Source: Candidatus Spongiisociaceae bacterium (GTDB taxonomy: Bacteria; Actinomycetota; Acidimicrobiia; Spongiisociales; Spongiisociaceae). Taken from it: 64,000 bases of DNA. Below the pieces are notes generated by a model. That model did no database searches, was not told the DNA's origin, and saw nothing but the letters and a program-made list of their open reading frames with translations. The DNA lies in contig OZ253564.1 in NCBI GenBank assembly GCA_965262915.1, forward strand, positions 2,496,001 to 2,560,000, given 5' to 3'. Shown one piece after another: positions 47,412-56,632 of the stretch (positions within the stretch are counted from its first letter, which is position 1; each line of letters starts with the position of its first letter). Position numbers and translations under genes: made by a program.

Positions 47412-48860
47412 TCAGCCGGTGGGATGGATGATCACGTTCTTCGAGTCCATCATCTCCTCGATGGCGTAATGGGGCCCCTCCTTGCCGATCCCGCTCATCT
47501 TCAGCCCTCCGTAAGGCATCGGGTCCACGCGCCAGAGAGGTGTCCAGTTCACATGGACGTTGCCCGCATCCACCTCGCGTGCGAAGCGTGTCGCCGCCAC
47601 CAGATCTCTCGTGAAAATTCCGGCGCCGAGCCCGTAGCTGGTGTCGTTGCACAGGGCTATGGCCTCGTCGATACCGGAGACCGGGGTCACCGCCACGGCC
47701 GGCCCGAACAACTCCTCGGTGGATATCCGCGACCCGTGAGGTACGTCGGCAACCACCGTGGGCTGGTGCAGGGCGCCCTCTCGCCCTCCTCCTGTCAAAA
47801 CCCTGGCGCCCGACGACACAGCTTCCCGGATGGTCGTCTCCACCCGTTGCGCCGCCTGCTCGCTGATCATCGATCCCATGCCCATTCCGGGATCCATCGG
47901 ATCGCCGTACCGTATGGAGGACACACCGTCGACCAAGCGATCGAGGAAAGGTACGTAGGCTCGGTGGTCCACAAGAATCCGCTGCGGAGAGATGCAGACC
48001 TGACCGGCGTTCACCATCCCCCCGGTAGCGGTAGCCGCGGCGGCAATGTCGAGGTCCGCATCGGGCAACACGGCAACCGGGCAGTTGGCGCCGAGTTCCA
48101 GGAGCAACCGCTTGACACCGGCTGACCTCGCGATCTCGGCTCCCACCGCGGCGCTACCCGTGAACGTCACTACTCGTACGCGAGGATCGGTCGTGAGTTG
48201 CCTCCCGATAGTCGACCCGGGTCCTACCACACACTGCACGGCGCCGAGCGGGAAGCCGGCCTCGACGAAGCACCGGAGGAAGGCGAACGCACCCATGGGA
48301 GTATCCGAAGACGGCTTGACGATCACCGGATTACCGGCGGCAAGCGCCGGGCCTACTTTGTGGGTGACCAGCAGCAACGGATAGTTGAAGGGTGTGATCG
48401 CAACGACGATCCCGGCAGGCTGCTTGAGTGTGAACCCGAGGCGCCCCTCCCCGTTGGGGCTCCCGTCGAGGGGCAGCACCTCGCCGGAGATCCGGCGCGC
48501 TTCTCCGGCGCAGTAACGGATGAGATCTCCGAGACGGCCAACCTCGGCGCGAGCCTCCCCGATGGTCTTTCCTCCCTCGGCTACCACTATCCGGGCCAGC
48601 TCCTCGACCCTCGACTCGCAGATCGAAGCGGCCTTCTCCAGCAGGACGGCCCGTTCGTTGGCGCTCAACTTCCGCATCGGCGCCACAGCCGCCTGCGCCC
48701 GGTCGAGTACTGCGGCGATGTCCTCGTTGCTGGCGGCGGTCACCTCACCGACCGCGGCGCCGCTATAGGGGCTGTAGACCGTCATCGGTTTGCCCGTCGG
48801 AAGCGTCCCGCCGGACAGGACGGGGTCTTGGACGGACTCAACGGCAAGTGCATTCACCAC
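47412..48860 (-). CDS. NAD(P)-dependent aldehyde dehydrogenase
   Basis: ITPFNYP, FTGS, LELG, GQVC, EELFGP, PYGG.K.SG.GKEG. Confidence 0.93.
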   Translation of the reverse strand: MVNALAVESVQDPVLSGGTLPTGKPMTVYSPYSGAAVGEVTAASNEDIAAVLDRAQAAVAPMRKLSANERAVLLEKAASICESRVEELARIVVAEGGKTIGEARAEVGRLGDLIRYCAGEARRISGEVLPLDGSPNGEGRLGFTLKQPAGIVVAITPFNYPLLLVTHKVGPALAAGNPVIVKPSSDTPMGAFAFLRCFVEAGFPLGAVQCVVGPGSTIGRQLTTDPRVRVVTFTGSAAVGAEIARSAGVKRLLLELGANCPVAVLPDADLDIAAAATATGGMVNAGQVCISPQRILVDHRAYVPFLDRLVDGVSSIRYGDPMDPGMGMGSMISEQAAQRVETTIREAVSSGARVLTGGGREGALHQPTVVADVPHGSRISTEELFGPAVAVTPVSGIDEAIALCNDTSYGLGAGIFTRDLVAATRFAREVDAGNVHVNWTPLWRVDPMPYGGLKMSGIGKEGPHYAIEEMMDSKNVIIHPTG

Positions 48861-48890
48861 GGCTCATCTCCTCCTTGCAAGACCACCATC

Positions 48891-49781
48891 TCAGAATCCC
48901 ACCTCTCGCAGATACCGGCGGGTATGTTTGGCGATCGGCAGCGGCTTGTCGGGCGGCGCCGGATACATGTCCTGCTCTACCGTGGCGTGACCGGTGAAAC
49001 CGATCTCAGCCAGAAGTGCTCCTAGTTCGGCGAAGGCCACCGCCCCCCGGTCGGGTTCGCAGAACATACCCAGCTCGACGGCTTTCGCAAAGGGAATCCG
49101 TTCCCGTGCGACCCGCTGCTGCACCTCCGCATCCACGCTCTTGAAGTGGAAGTACTCCACCCGGTCCGGATGCTCCCGCAGGAACTCGACCGGGTCACCA
49201 CCCCGGTAGGCGTGATGGCCGGTGTCGAGGCATATGCCCACCAGATCCGGATCGGTGTCGGCCACGAAACGTTCGATCTGAGGCTCGTACTCGACGTGGG
49301 TCTCGGCATGGGGATGGAACACGGCCCGGAGCCCGTAACGTTCGGAGGCGATCCGGGCTATCCGGTGGGTCGTCTCGATCAGGGCCCGCCACTCGTCGTG
49401 GTCGAGCGTCGGGCTGCGGAGCATCTCCCCCGTGAACATGTCCGTGTAGGTGCCGTCGATGACGATCAGGTAACCCGCGCCGAGACCGGTCAGGGACTCG
49501 CATGCGCCGACCACCTCGGCTTCGAGAGTGGGCCAGTAATCGGCGGAGTCCAGCGGACCCATCGCGAAGGTTCCCGAGACCCGCAGGCCCCTCTTTCCGA
49601 GTTCTTCCTGGAGCTGTGACGGATCTGTCGGAAGGTACCCGTACGGTCCCAACTCGATCCACTCGTAGCCGGCTTCCGCGATCTCGTCGAGGCACCGGTT
49701 CCACGGCATCTGGCGGTCGTCTTCCCCGAACCAGATACCCCACGAGCACGGTGCACTACCCAGTTTCAAGCGGTCATCCAC
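48891..49781 (-). CDS. iolE: Inosose dehydratase-like TIM-barrel protein (IolE-like)
   Basis: APCSWGIWF, ELGPYGY, FHPH, LDTGH, HFK, VEQD; upstream of iolD. Confidence 0.75.
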   Translation of the reverse strand: MDDRLKLGSAPCSWGIWFGEDDRQMPWNRCLDEIAEAGYEWIELGPYGYLPTDPSQLQEELGKRGLRVSGTFAMGPLDSADYWPTLEAEVVGACESLTGLGAGYLIVIDGTYTDMFTGEMLRSPTLDHDEWRALIETTHRIARIASERYGLRAVFHPHAETHVEYEPQIERFVADTDPDLVGICLDTGHHAYRGGDPVEFLREHPDRVEYFHFKSVDAEVQQRVARERIPFAKAVELGMFCEPDRGAVAFAELGALLAEIGFTGHATVEQDMYPAPPDKPLPIAKHTRRYLREVGF

Positions 49782-49798
49782 GCTTCTTCTCCTGTCTG

Positions 49799-49961
49799 GT
49801 GGTCTGTCTGCAAAACAACTTGTCGTGCCCTGGCAGCCATCGACGTCCCTCGCTGCGTTCCGCCTCCTCGACGTACCGCTGCGGGTACGCCTTCGTCGGC
49901 GGGCCTTGCGAGGAACGCCGCTGCCGGCGCATACCACGGCGCCATTTCACAGACAGACCAC
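49799..49961 (-). mobile_element. MITE family A, full-length copy (163 bp)
   Basis: Perfect 12-bp terminal inverted repeats GTGGTCTGTCTG/CAGACAGACCAC; lies between the permease and iolE. Confidence 0.9.
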
Positions 49962-49976
49962 CGTCAGCCGGCCCCA

Positions 49977-50900
49977 TCATCCCTCGTCCGTCTCGACGCT
50001 CACTCCCTCATGGCGCTTGGCCCTCGGGTCGAGCAGGACTCTGAGACCGTCCGCAGCCAGATTCACCGAGACCACGAAGTAGGTGACGGCCACGCCCGGG
50101 ATGATTCCGTAATAGGGCGCAGATCGGAGAAAGCGGCGGCTGGTGGCAAGCATCGCCCCCCATGAAGGTTCCGGCTCCTGAGCGCCTAGGCCCAGGAAGC
50201 TCAACGACGCCTCCAGCAAGACGGCCGAGGACAGGGCAAGCGCGGCCTGCACGATCACCGGGGCCATGGCGTTCGGCAACACGTGGCGGAACATCACCCG
50301 CGGGTTGGAAATCCCGAGTCCCCGCAACGCATCGACGTAGTCGTAGGCCAGTTCTTGAACGACGGCGCCTCTCGTTATTCGAGCAAAGTAGGCGGATAGA
50401 CCGATTGCTATGGCGACGCCCACCGACCTCAAACTCGTACCGAGGACGGCGACCGTCCCGATGCCCACGAGCATCATCGGTATCGCGAAGAGGGCGTCCC
50501 AGAACCTCATCATCGCTCCGCCGGCCCACCCTGCGTAGTAGCCGGCGACGGCTCCGGACAGCCCGCCTATCAGGGCCGCAGCGGTGACCGACAGCAGGCC
50601 GACCACCACAGAGATGCGGGCCCCGTAGAGCACCCTTGCGAAGAGGTCCCGTCCTATCTGGTCCGTTCCGAACCAGTGCTCGGCGGAAGGGCCTTGGAAG
50701 CGGGACTCGAAGTTGATATCGGTCGGCCCGTACTGAGCCAGGAGTGGTGCGGCAACGGCCCCGAAGACGAGCAGAAGGATGGCGATCCCGCCGATCATGG
50801 CTGCCCTCTCAGCCCGAACAGCCGCGAACAACCGGCCGCTCCTGCCACCGCCGGTCAGGAGCGTTGGTCTGACGGGTCCAACGTCGCCGGGCGTGCTCAC
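49977..50900 (-). CDS. Peptide ABC transporter permease (DppC-like)
   Basis: HWFGTDQIGRD..ARVLYGARIS, RHVLPN, EASLSFLGLG...PSWG. Confidence 0.92.
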   Translation of the reverse strand: MSTPGDVGPVRPTLLTGGGRSGRLFAAVRAERAAMIGGIAILLLVFGAVAAPLLAQYGPTDINFESRFQGPSAEHWFGTDQIGRDLFARVLYGARISVVVGLLSVTAAALIGGLSGAVAGYYAGWAGGAMMRFWDALFAIPMMLVGIGTVAVLGTSLRSVGVAIAIGLSAYFARITRGAVVQELAYDYVDALRGLGISNPRVMFRHVLPNAMAPVIVQAALALSSAVLLEASLSFLGLGAQEPEPSWGAMLATSRRFLRSAPYYGIIPGVAVTYFVVSVNLAADGLRVLLDPRAKRHEGVSVETDEG

Positions 50901-51850
50901 TGTGTGATCTGCTCCCTCACACGAGGATCGACGAACCCGTACAGCAGATCGGTCGCGAGGTTTACCAATGCGAACCCCACGACCAGCAGGAACAGGCACG
51001 CTTGAACGGTTGGATAGTCTCTGGCTCCCAGAGCCTCGACCAGCAGGCGTCCCATTCCCGGCCAGGTGAACACGGATTCGATGATGACCGATCCACCGAG
51101 GAGCGCGCCGAACTGCAGGCCGATGACCGTGATGATGGGAATCAGCGCCGTGCGAAGGGCGTGGCGCCTGATGACGCGGTGGTAAGGCACACCCTTGGCT
51201 CTGGCCGTCCTGACATAGTCTTCGGAGAGAACCCTCTGTAGCGCCGCCTGCACGAACCGTGCGAGCACCGACCCGAGCATCATGGCCAGGACGGCGACGG
51301 GCATGACCAACGACTTGATGGCCTCCACCGGATCCTCCGCGAAGCTGACGTATCCCCCGGTGGGAAGCCAGCCCAGATACAGCGAGAAGACCAGGATGGC
51401 AATGAGGCCGATCCAAAAGGGAGGCACGCCATAGAGGACGGAGACAATCCCGGTAACGCCGATCCGGACCGACTCGCGGCGACTCACCGCTCCGATCGTC
51501 CCGACGACGATGCCTATCACGACACCGACCGCCAGAGAACTCATCACCAGAACGATCGTGGGTACGTAGACACCCTTTATGCGGTCCGCTACCGGCCCTT
51601 TTGTCACGAACGATTCCCCGAACTCGCCCTGGACGACCCCGGTGATCCACTTGGAGTAGGCCACGGGAATCGGGTCGTTCAGCCCCAGCTTCTCCCGGAT
51701 TGCCTCCACCGCTTCGGGACGGGCCTCCAAGCCCGCTTGGAGAGCAGCGGGGTCACCCGGGACCAGCCGGAGCACGGCAAACGCGCCCGCGCTCGCGATG
51801 AAGAGCACGAGCAATGCCTGGCCCAAACGCCGCGCGACGTAGCCGCTCAT
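50897..51850 (-). CDS. Peptide ABC transporter permease (DppB-like)
   Basis: VPGDPA, EDYVRTARAKG, HALR, IESVFTWPGMG, DPRV. Confidence 0.94.
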   Translation of the reverse strand: MSGYVARRLGQALLVLFIASAGAFAVLRLVPGDPAALQAGLEARPEAVEAIREKLGLNDPIPVAYSKWITGVVQGEFGESFVTKGPVADRIKGVYVPTIVLVMSSLAVGVVIGIVVGTIGAVSRRESVRIGVTGIVSVLYGVPPFWIGLIAILVFSLYLGWLPTGGYVSFAEDPVEAIKSLVMPVAVLAMMLGSVLARFVQAALQRVLSEDYVRTARAKGVPYHRVIRRHALRTALIPIITVIGLQFGALLGGSVIIESVFTWPGMGRLLVEALGARDYPTVQACLFLLVVGFALVNLATDLLYGFVDPRVREQITQ

Positions 51851-51869
51851 CCGAGCCTCCTATGGGTTC

Positions 51870-51914
51870 GTGCTCGGGCCCCGGGCAGATACGTCCGGCC
51901 CGGGGCCCGAGCAC
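51870..51914 (-). terminator. Perfect 17-bp stem-loop between the SBP and permease genes
   Basis: GTGCTCGGGCCCCGGGC-N11-GCCCGGGGCCCGAGCAC. Confidence 0.7.
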
Positions 51915-51937
51915 TCATTCATTCGGGTCGCGATCGC

Positions 51938-53605
51938 TCAGGAGCAATCGGACATGTCGATGTTATCGGGATAGACGCGACCCAGATAGCTGTCGTTGTA
52001 TCCCACCACACAGGAGGCGAGTAGCACGAGCTGGCCGCTCGACCCCACCGAGATCACGAAGGCCTGGTCGATCATGAACCGGGCCAACTCCTGGTAGAGG
52101 TCTATGCGCTTCTGCGGATCGATTTCCACCCTCGCACTGTTGACGAGCCTCTTGTACTCCTCGTTGTCGAAGTTGGAGATGTTTTCTTCGGGCTTGGTGA
52201 ACCTGGCTCCCAGAGTCGAACTCGGATCGACCAGTCCTCCCGAGCCGTAGTACGCGGAGCTGAACCCGGTGAAGGTTCCGCCGAGGAACCTATCCGCCCA
52301 GGTGGCCGTCTCCAGGACGATGATGTCCAGAGTGATGCCGATCTCCGCCAGGTTGGCCTGGAAGAGAGGCAGCCAGTCATTGATCTCCGGGTTCACGTCC
52401 AGCGACAGCTCGAACTCGATGGTGAACGGACCCTGACCGACCTCAGCCAGCAGCGCTCGCGCCCCGTCGAAATCGACGTCGATGAAATCGTCGTCCGGGT
52501 TGTAGAACACCGAGCTGTCGGCGAAGAAATTCGCGGTCGGCTTGGCGTACCCGAAGTTGATGTCCACGAACTCCTTGCGTGGCACCACCAGGCTCACGGC
52601 CTTGCGAACCCGCTTGTCGCTCAACTCTGGAGTGGCCGTCTGGACATTCCACATGTGGATCCGTGCCGTGTCGCCCTCGAAGATCCGGAAATCCGGTGAC
52701 TCGGCAACCCGCACGGCCTCTTCCAGCGGCGGCTGGATGAACCCGTGGACCTCGCCGGTCTCGAGCGCGATGATTGCGGCCGCCGAATCGGCGAACTGCT
52801 TGACCACGTATTCGTCGATCGGTGGGCGCGGACCCCAGAAGTCCTCGTTTCTCTCCGCCACCATCTCCACGCCGGGCGAGAAGGACTTCACCTTGAACGG
52901 GCCGGTTCCGATACCCTGATCAGCTTCCGGCAGGTACGGGATAGCGATCTCGATCAGGTTGTGGAGGAGGCCGGGGAATACATCCGGCAGATGGAAGACC
53001 AGGGTGAGGTCGTCGGGGGCCGAGTAAGTGATCCCTTGCTCGCCCTGCGCCTGGCCGTTCTGGAGGTTGTTTGCGGGATCCTGGTAGTGCTCCAAGACGT
53101 CGATTATGTGTTGCGCGGTCAACTCCACGCCGTTGTGGAACTTCACTCCGGGCCGCACGTGGAACGTGTACGTCAGCCCGTCGTCGCTGATCTCCCACGA
53201 TTCCGCAAGGTCCGGCACGAAGGCTCCGGCGCCGGACGGACCCGACACGATCGTGTCGTAGATCGAGTAGTACATCGCAATGTGCCCGATCGTGGCCGTC
53301 TCAGGCTTCAGGTTCGTCAGGTCCCCCGACGTAGCCATGGTGAAGGTACCGCCTTCAGCCATCATTTCAGCCTCGGTGGTGGTCGGGGTTTCCTCTTCCT
53401 CCTCCATGGTCTCTTCGGCCATGGTTTCCTCGGTTGTCTCTTCCATGGTCTCTTCGGCCATGGTTTCCTCGGTTGTTTCCGCTGCGGTGGTGGTCGCCGG
53501 CGCAGCCGGAGCGGTGGTCTCTGCCGCCGGTTCTTCGTCTCCACCACAGGCAGCCGCAACCAGCGCAAATGCCACCAGCAGGGCTAACAATCTCGTGATT
53601 CTCAT
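51938..53605 (-). CDS. ABC transporter substrate-binding lipoprotein, family 5
   Basis: Lipobox VAAAC-GG, PDLAESWEISDDGLTYTFH.R.GVKFHNG, GTGPF, DKRVRKA; acidic Met-rich linker. Confidence 0.93.
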   Translation of the reverse strand: MRITRLLALLVAFALVAAACGGDEEPAAETTAPAAPATTTAAETTEETMAEETMEETTEETMAEETMEEEEETPTTTEAEMMAEGGTFTMATSGDLTNLKPETATIGHIAMYYSIYDTIVSGPSGAGAFVPDLAESWEISDDGLTYTFHVRPGVKFHNGVELTAQHIIDVLEHYQDPANNLQNGQAQGEQGITYSAPDDLTLVFHLPDVFPGLLHNLIEIAIPYLPEADQGIGTGPFKVKSFSPGVEMVAERNEDFWGPRPPIDEYVVKQFADSAAAIIALETGEVHGFIQPPLEEAVRVAESPDFRIFEGDTARIHMWNVQTATPELSDKRVRKAVSLVVPRKEFVDINFGYAKPTANFFADSSVFYNPDDDFIDVDFDGARALLAEVGQGPFTIEFELSLDVNPEINDWLPLFQANLAEIGITLDIIVLETATWADRFLGGTFTGFSSAYYGSGGLVDPSSTLGARFTKPEENISNFDNEEYKRLVNSARVEIDPQKRIDLYQELARFMIDQAFVISVGSSGQLVLLASCVVGYNDSYLGRVYPDNIDMSDCS

Positions 53606-53758
53606 GCTCTTCCTCTTTCCCGAACCCCTCACGCTTTCCGTTTACACCAGTGAGGCCCGTACCTCCACATCGCCACCCCGCGCTGTCGACAAGGGTGTCC
53701 TTCGAAGATATACGGATGCTACTCCGGGGTGGTTGGAGCCTGCCAGAGAAAATGCAAT

Positions 53759-53890
53759 TCAATTTGCATTGGGATCGACGATCCCGCACCGGATACGGAA
53801 GCGGCAAGCCGCCCGAGGGTCGGCCGCGCTCGTTATCTCTCCCCGCAGTTCGATCCTGTCGGTGTATTCGTCGAGTTCCTTCGACCGCCG
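53759..53890 (-). pseudogene. C-terminal remnant of an oligopeptide ABC ATP-binding gene
   Basis: DRIELRGEITSAADPRAACRFRIRC matches the OppF/DppF tail (compare VELIGEIPSPMERPPGCPLEPRC in 2459..3466); no Walker motifs upstream. Confidence 0.65.
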
Positions 53891-54008
53891 ATCCCAACGT
53901 AGGTGCCCGCACGGGGCGCGCTGCGACCACGTCGTGTGCGATGAAGACAGATGAAGACATACGACAGTTTCGTATCGTGCCGGAGCCGGTCCGCAGTGAC
54001 TGCGGCCG

Positions 54009-55337
54009 TCAGGCTTGGCTCTCCGCCACCCACACCGCGGCAAGGCCAAGCGGTCCGCTCGCGCCGCCGGCGCTTCTTCCCTGCTGTTCGTGTTCTCCCA
54101 CCGCTACCAAGCCCGGCCCTCCAGGGGTGACGTCGGACATCGACTGGTCACCCTCGGCACCGAGGACCTCGTCGTCGGGCACCCGTGACCAGGTAATCCC
54201 ATCGGGAGAGGTCCACACTGCTGCATGGCGAAGCCGGAACTCGCTGAACGGCCCGTCCCATCCCACAGCCACCAGGCCGGGGCCGCCGGCGGTGACGCTC
54301 ACCATCGTCTGGCTGAACCTTCCTCCGAAGACCGCGTCGTCGTGGGGGACCCGTGACCAGTTGACCCCGTCGGGAGAGGTCCACACCGCCGCATCGGAAT
54401 TGCTGAACGACCCTTCGAACCCGACTGCCACCAGGCCGGGGCCGCCGGCGGTGACGCTCTCCATTACCTGGCGATCCGCTCCCATCAACTCTCGATCCTC
54501 ACCGCCGGAAACCGCCTCGTCGGGCACCCGTGACCAGTTGACCCCGTCGGGAGAGGTCCACACCGCGGGATCGCCATCGTCGTTGGAGGCGTCCGTTCCG
54601 ACTGCTACCAGGCCGGGGCCGCCGGCGGTGACGCTCGTCATCGACTGGTTGCCTCCTCCTCCGAAGACCGCCTCGTCGTGGGTGACTCGTGACCAGGTGA
54701 CCCCGTCGGGAGAGGTCCATACCGCCACATCGGAGTTCTTGACCGGCCCGTCCGTTCCGACTGCTACCAGGCCGGGGCCGCCGGCCGTCACGCTCGTCAT
54801 CGACTGGTCACCCTCGCCGCCGAAGACCGCCTCGTCGTGGGTGACTCGTGACCAGGTGACCCCGTCGGGAGAGGTCCATACCGCCGCATCGAGATCGCCG
54901 ACCGGCCCGTCCGTTCCGATTGCCACCAGGCCGGGGCCGCCGGCGGTGACGCTCGTCATCGACTGGTTGCCTCCTCCTCCGAAGACTGCGTCGTCGTGGG
55001 TGACTCGTGACCAGGTGACCCCGTCGGCGGAGGTCCATACCGCCGCAATGAGACCGTCTTCCGAGGCTTCGGTTCCGATTGCTACCAGGCCGGGGCCGCC
55101 GGTTGTCACGCCGGTCATCGCCTGGCCGGCCTCGCCTCCGAAGACCGCCTCGTCGCCGGGCACCCGAGACCAGCTGAGCGAGGAAACAATGGCCGCGGTA
55201 GGGGTGGCTGCCGCGGTAGGTGTCGGCCCGGAAGTGGTGGTTGGCGCCACGGTGGTGGTGGGCGCGAGATCGCTGCCACAAGCCCCAGTTACCAGCGCTA
55301 CAGCCACGAAGAGCGACCGGGCTCTGGCAATGGGCAA
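54009..55337 (-). CDS. Lipoprotein with seven ~53-aa Asp-box (BNR-like) repeats, predicted beta-propeller
   Basis: Lipobox TGAC-GS, Thr/Pro linker, six WTSxDGxxW motifs, seven GGPGLVA(I/V)G units; 159-bp DNA periodicity. Confidence 0.85.
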   Translation of the reverse strand: MPIARARSLFVAVALVTGACGSDLAPTTTVAPTTTSGPTPTAAATPTAAIVSSLSWSRVPGDEAVFGGEAGQAMTGVTTGGPGLVAIGTEASEDGLIAAVWTSADGVTWSRVTHDDAVFGGGGNQSMTSVTAGGPGLVAIGTDGPVGDLDAAVWTSPDGVTWSRVTHDEAVFGGEGDQSMTSVTAGGPGLVAVGTDGPVKNSDVAVWTSPDGVTWSRVTHDEAVFGGGGNQSMTSVTAGGPGLVAVGTDASNDDGDPAVWTSPDGVNWSRVPDEAVSGGEDRELMGADRQVMESVTAGGPGLVAVGFEGSFSNSDAAVWTSPDGVNWSRVPHDDAVFGGRFSQTMVSVTAGGPGLVAVGWDGPFSEFRLRHAAVWTSPDGITWSRVPDDEVLGAEGDQSMSDVTPGGPGLVAVGEHEQQGRSAGGASGPLGLAAVWVAESQA

Positions 55338-55392
55338 CTCGTTCCTCCTTCCGCGACCGGTGATTCATCGAAATGGAACTGCTTCAAGCTTA

Positions 55393-55439
55393 GTGGTCTG
55401 CCTGCAAGACAACTCGGCGTGCCCTGCTTGGCATCGACG
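55393..55439 (-). mobile_element. MITE family A, single-end fragment
   Basis: GTGGTCTGCCTGCAAGACAACTCGGCGTGCCCTGCTTGGCATCGACG matches one arm of the MITE. Confidence 0.75.
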
Positions 55440-55471
55440 GTAGGAGCCAACGGCGGTTTCGGAGGATATTC

Positions 55472-56632
55472 TTAGGAATACTGCCGAGCCATCCTGCTCG
55501 AAGACTCCCCGTCGCTGCCGGGGTCGATCAGGAGGTCTCCGATCTCGTCGAACAACTCACGGCATGAGCCGAGAGACATCTCTATGCCCTTCGCCCGGCG
55601 GTAGTAGAAGTTGAGCCGATGATCGAGGACGAAACCTGCCCCCGCGAAGATCTGATGAGCCTCCTTCGTGACGCGGCGGGCGGCGCCTGCCGCGAACGCC
55701 TTGGCCATCACCAGGCGCGGGTCGGCCCGCAGCCTCTGGTTGTAGAGGTGAGCGGCCTGGTATGTGAGGAACCGTGCTGCGTCGCGATCCGCCACCATAT
55801 CGGCGCACTTGTGCTGGATGGCCTGGTAACTGCCGATCGGGCGCCCGAAGGCGATCCGGTTCTTGGCGTATTCCACGGCCATTTCCAGTGCTGCGTCCGC
55901 CAAGCCGACCAGTTCCGCCGCCTGTGCGATGCGCGCGGCCGGAAGAACCGACTCAATGGCGGCGAGCGCGGAACCCGGTTCCCCGAGGCGTGCGCATCCG
56001 GCGACCTCCACATTGTCGATCAGCAGCCGGTGCTGGCGCTCCCCGGAGAGGGTGTGCAGGGTTTCCAGAGCCACCCCCTGATCTCGGGGGTCAACCATGA
56101 AGAAGTCCAGCTCGCCGGTTCCCGACATGGCCGGCACGAGGATGGAGTCCGCCGCCGATGCGTACGGGACGAAGCTCTTGATCCCGCTGAGGCGGTAGCC
56201 GCTCGGGATCTCCTCCGCAACGGTGGCTACGGGCGTCATCTCGCCACCCGGTTCGTACAGGGCAACCGTTGCGACCCGATCGCCACGCAGCACGTCGCCA
56301 AGGAGCTGGTCGTGCCCGACGGGCTCGAGGAAACGGAGCAGGCGGCCCGCCAGCCGGCAGATGAAGTGCGGGCCGGGTAGCGCGGCCCTGCCCAGTTCCT
56401 CGTGCAGGACCACCAGGTCCACTGCGTCGTCGGGAGGTCCGTTCGGGTCGGACAGCACACCGAGCTCGAGCCATCCGAGGCGCCCCATCCGGCCATGTGC
56501 CTCCCGGGAGAACCCGTGCCCCTCCTGCTCGGCTTCCGTGAGCGCCTCCAGGGTCGAGTACGCCGCCAGGAACTCGCGGGCGCTCCTGCGTAGCTCCTCC
56601 TGGTGCCACTCGAGGGAGAAATCGAGTCCCAT
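55472..56632 (-). CDS. Acyl-CoA dehydrogenase, probable beta subunit of a heteromeric ACAD
   Basis: EELGR...PGP, LSGIKSFV, YAKNRIAFGRPIGSYQAIQHKCADM, HQIFAGAGF. Confidence 0.9.
   Translation of the reverse strand: MGLDFSLEWHQEELRRSAREFLAAYSTLEALTEAEQEGHGFSREAHGRMGRLGWLELGVLSDPNGPPDDAVDLVVLHEELGRAALPGPHFICRLAGRLLRFLEPVGHDQLLGDVLRGDRVATVALYEPGGEMTPVATVAEEIPSGYRLSGIKSFVPYASAADSILVPAMSGTGELDFFMVDPRDQGVALETLHTLSGERQHRLLIDNVEVAGCARLGEPGSALAAIESVLPAARIAQAAELVGLADAALEMAVEYAKNRIAFGRPIGSYQAIQHKCADMVADRDAARFLTYQAAHLYNQRLRADPRLVMAKAFAAGAARRVTKEAHQIFAGAGFVLDHRLNFYYRRAKGIEMSLGSCRELFDEIGDLLIDPGSDGESSSRMARQYS

Noticed and set aside
54120-55170. Regular repeats that might be a CRISPR array
   Set aside because: Period is 159 bp, in frame within a lipoprotein ORF; no repeat-spacer structure and no cas genes in the window
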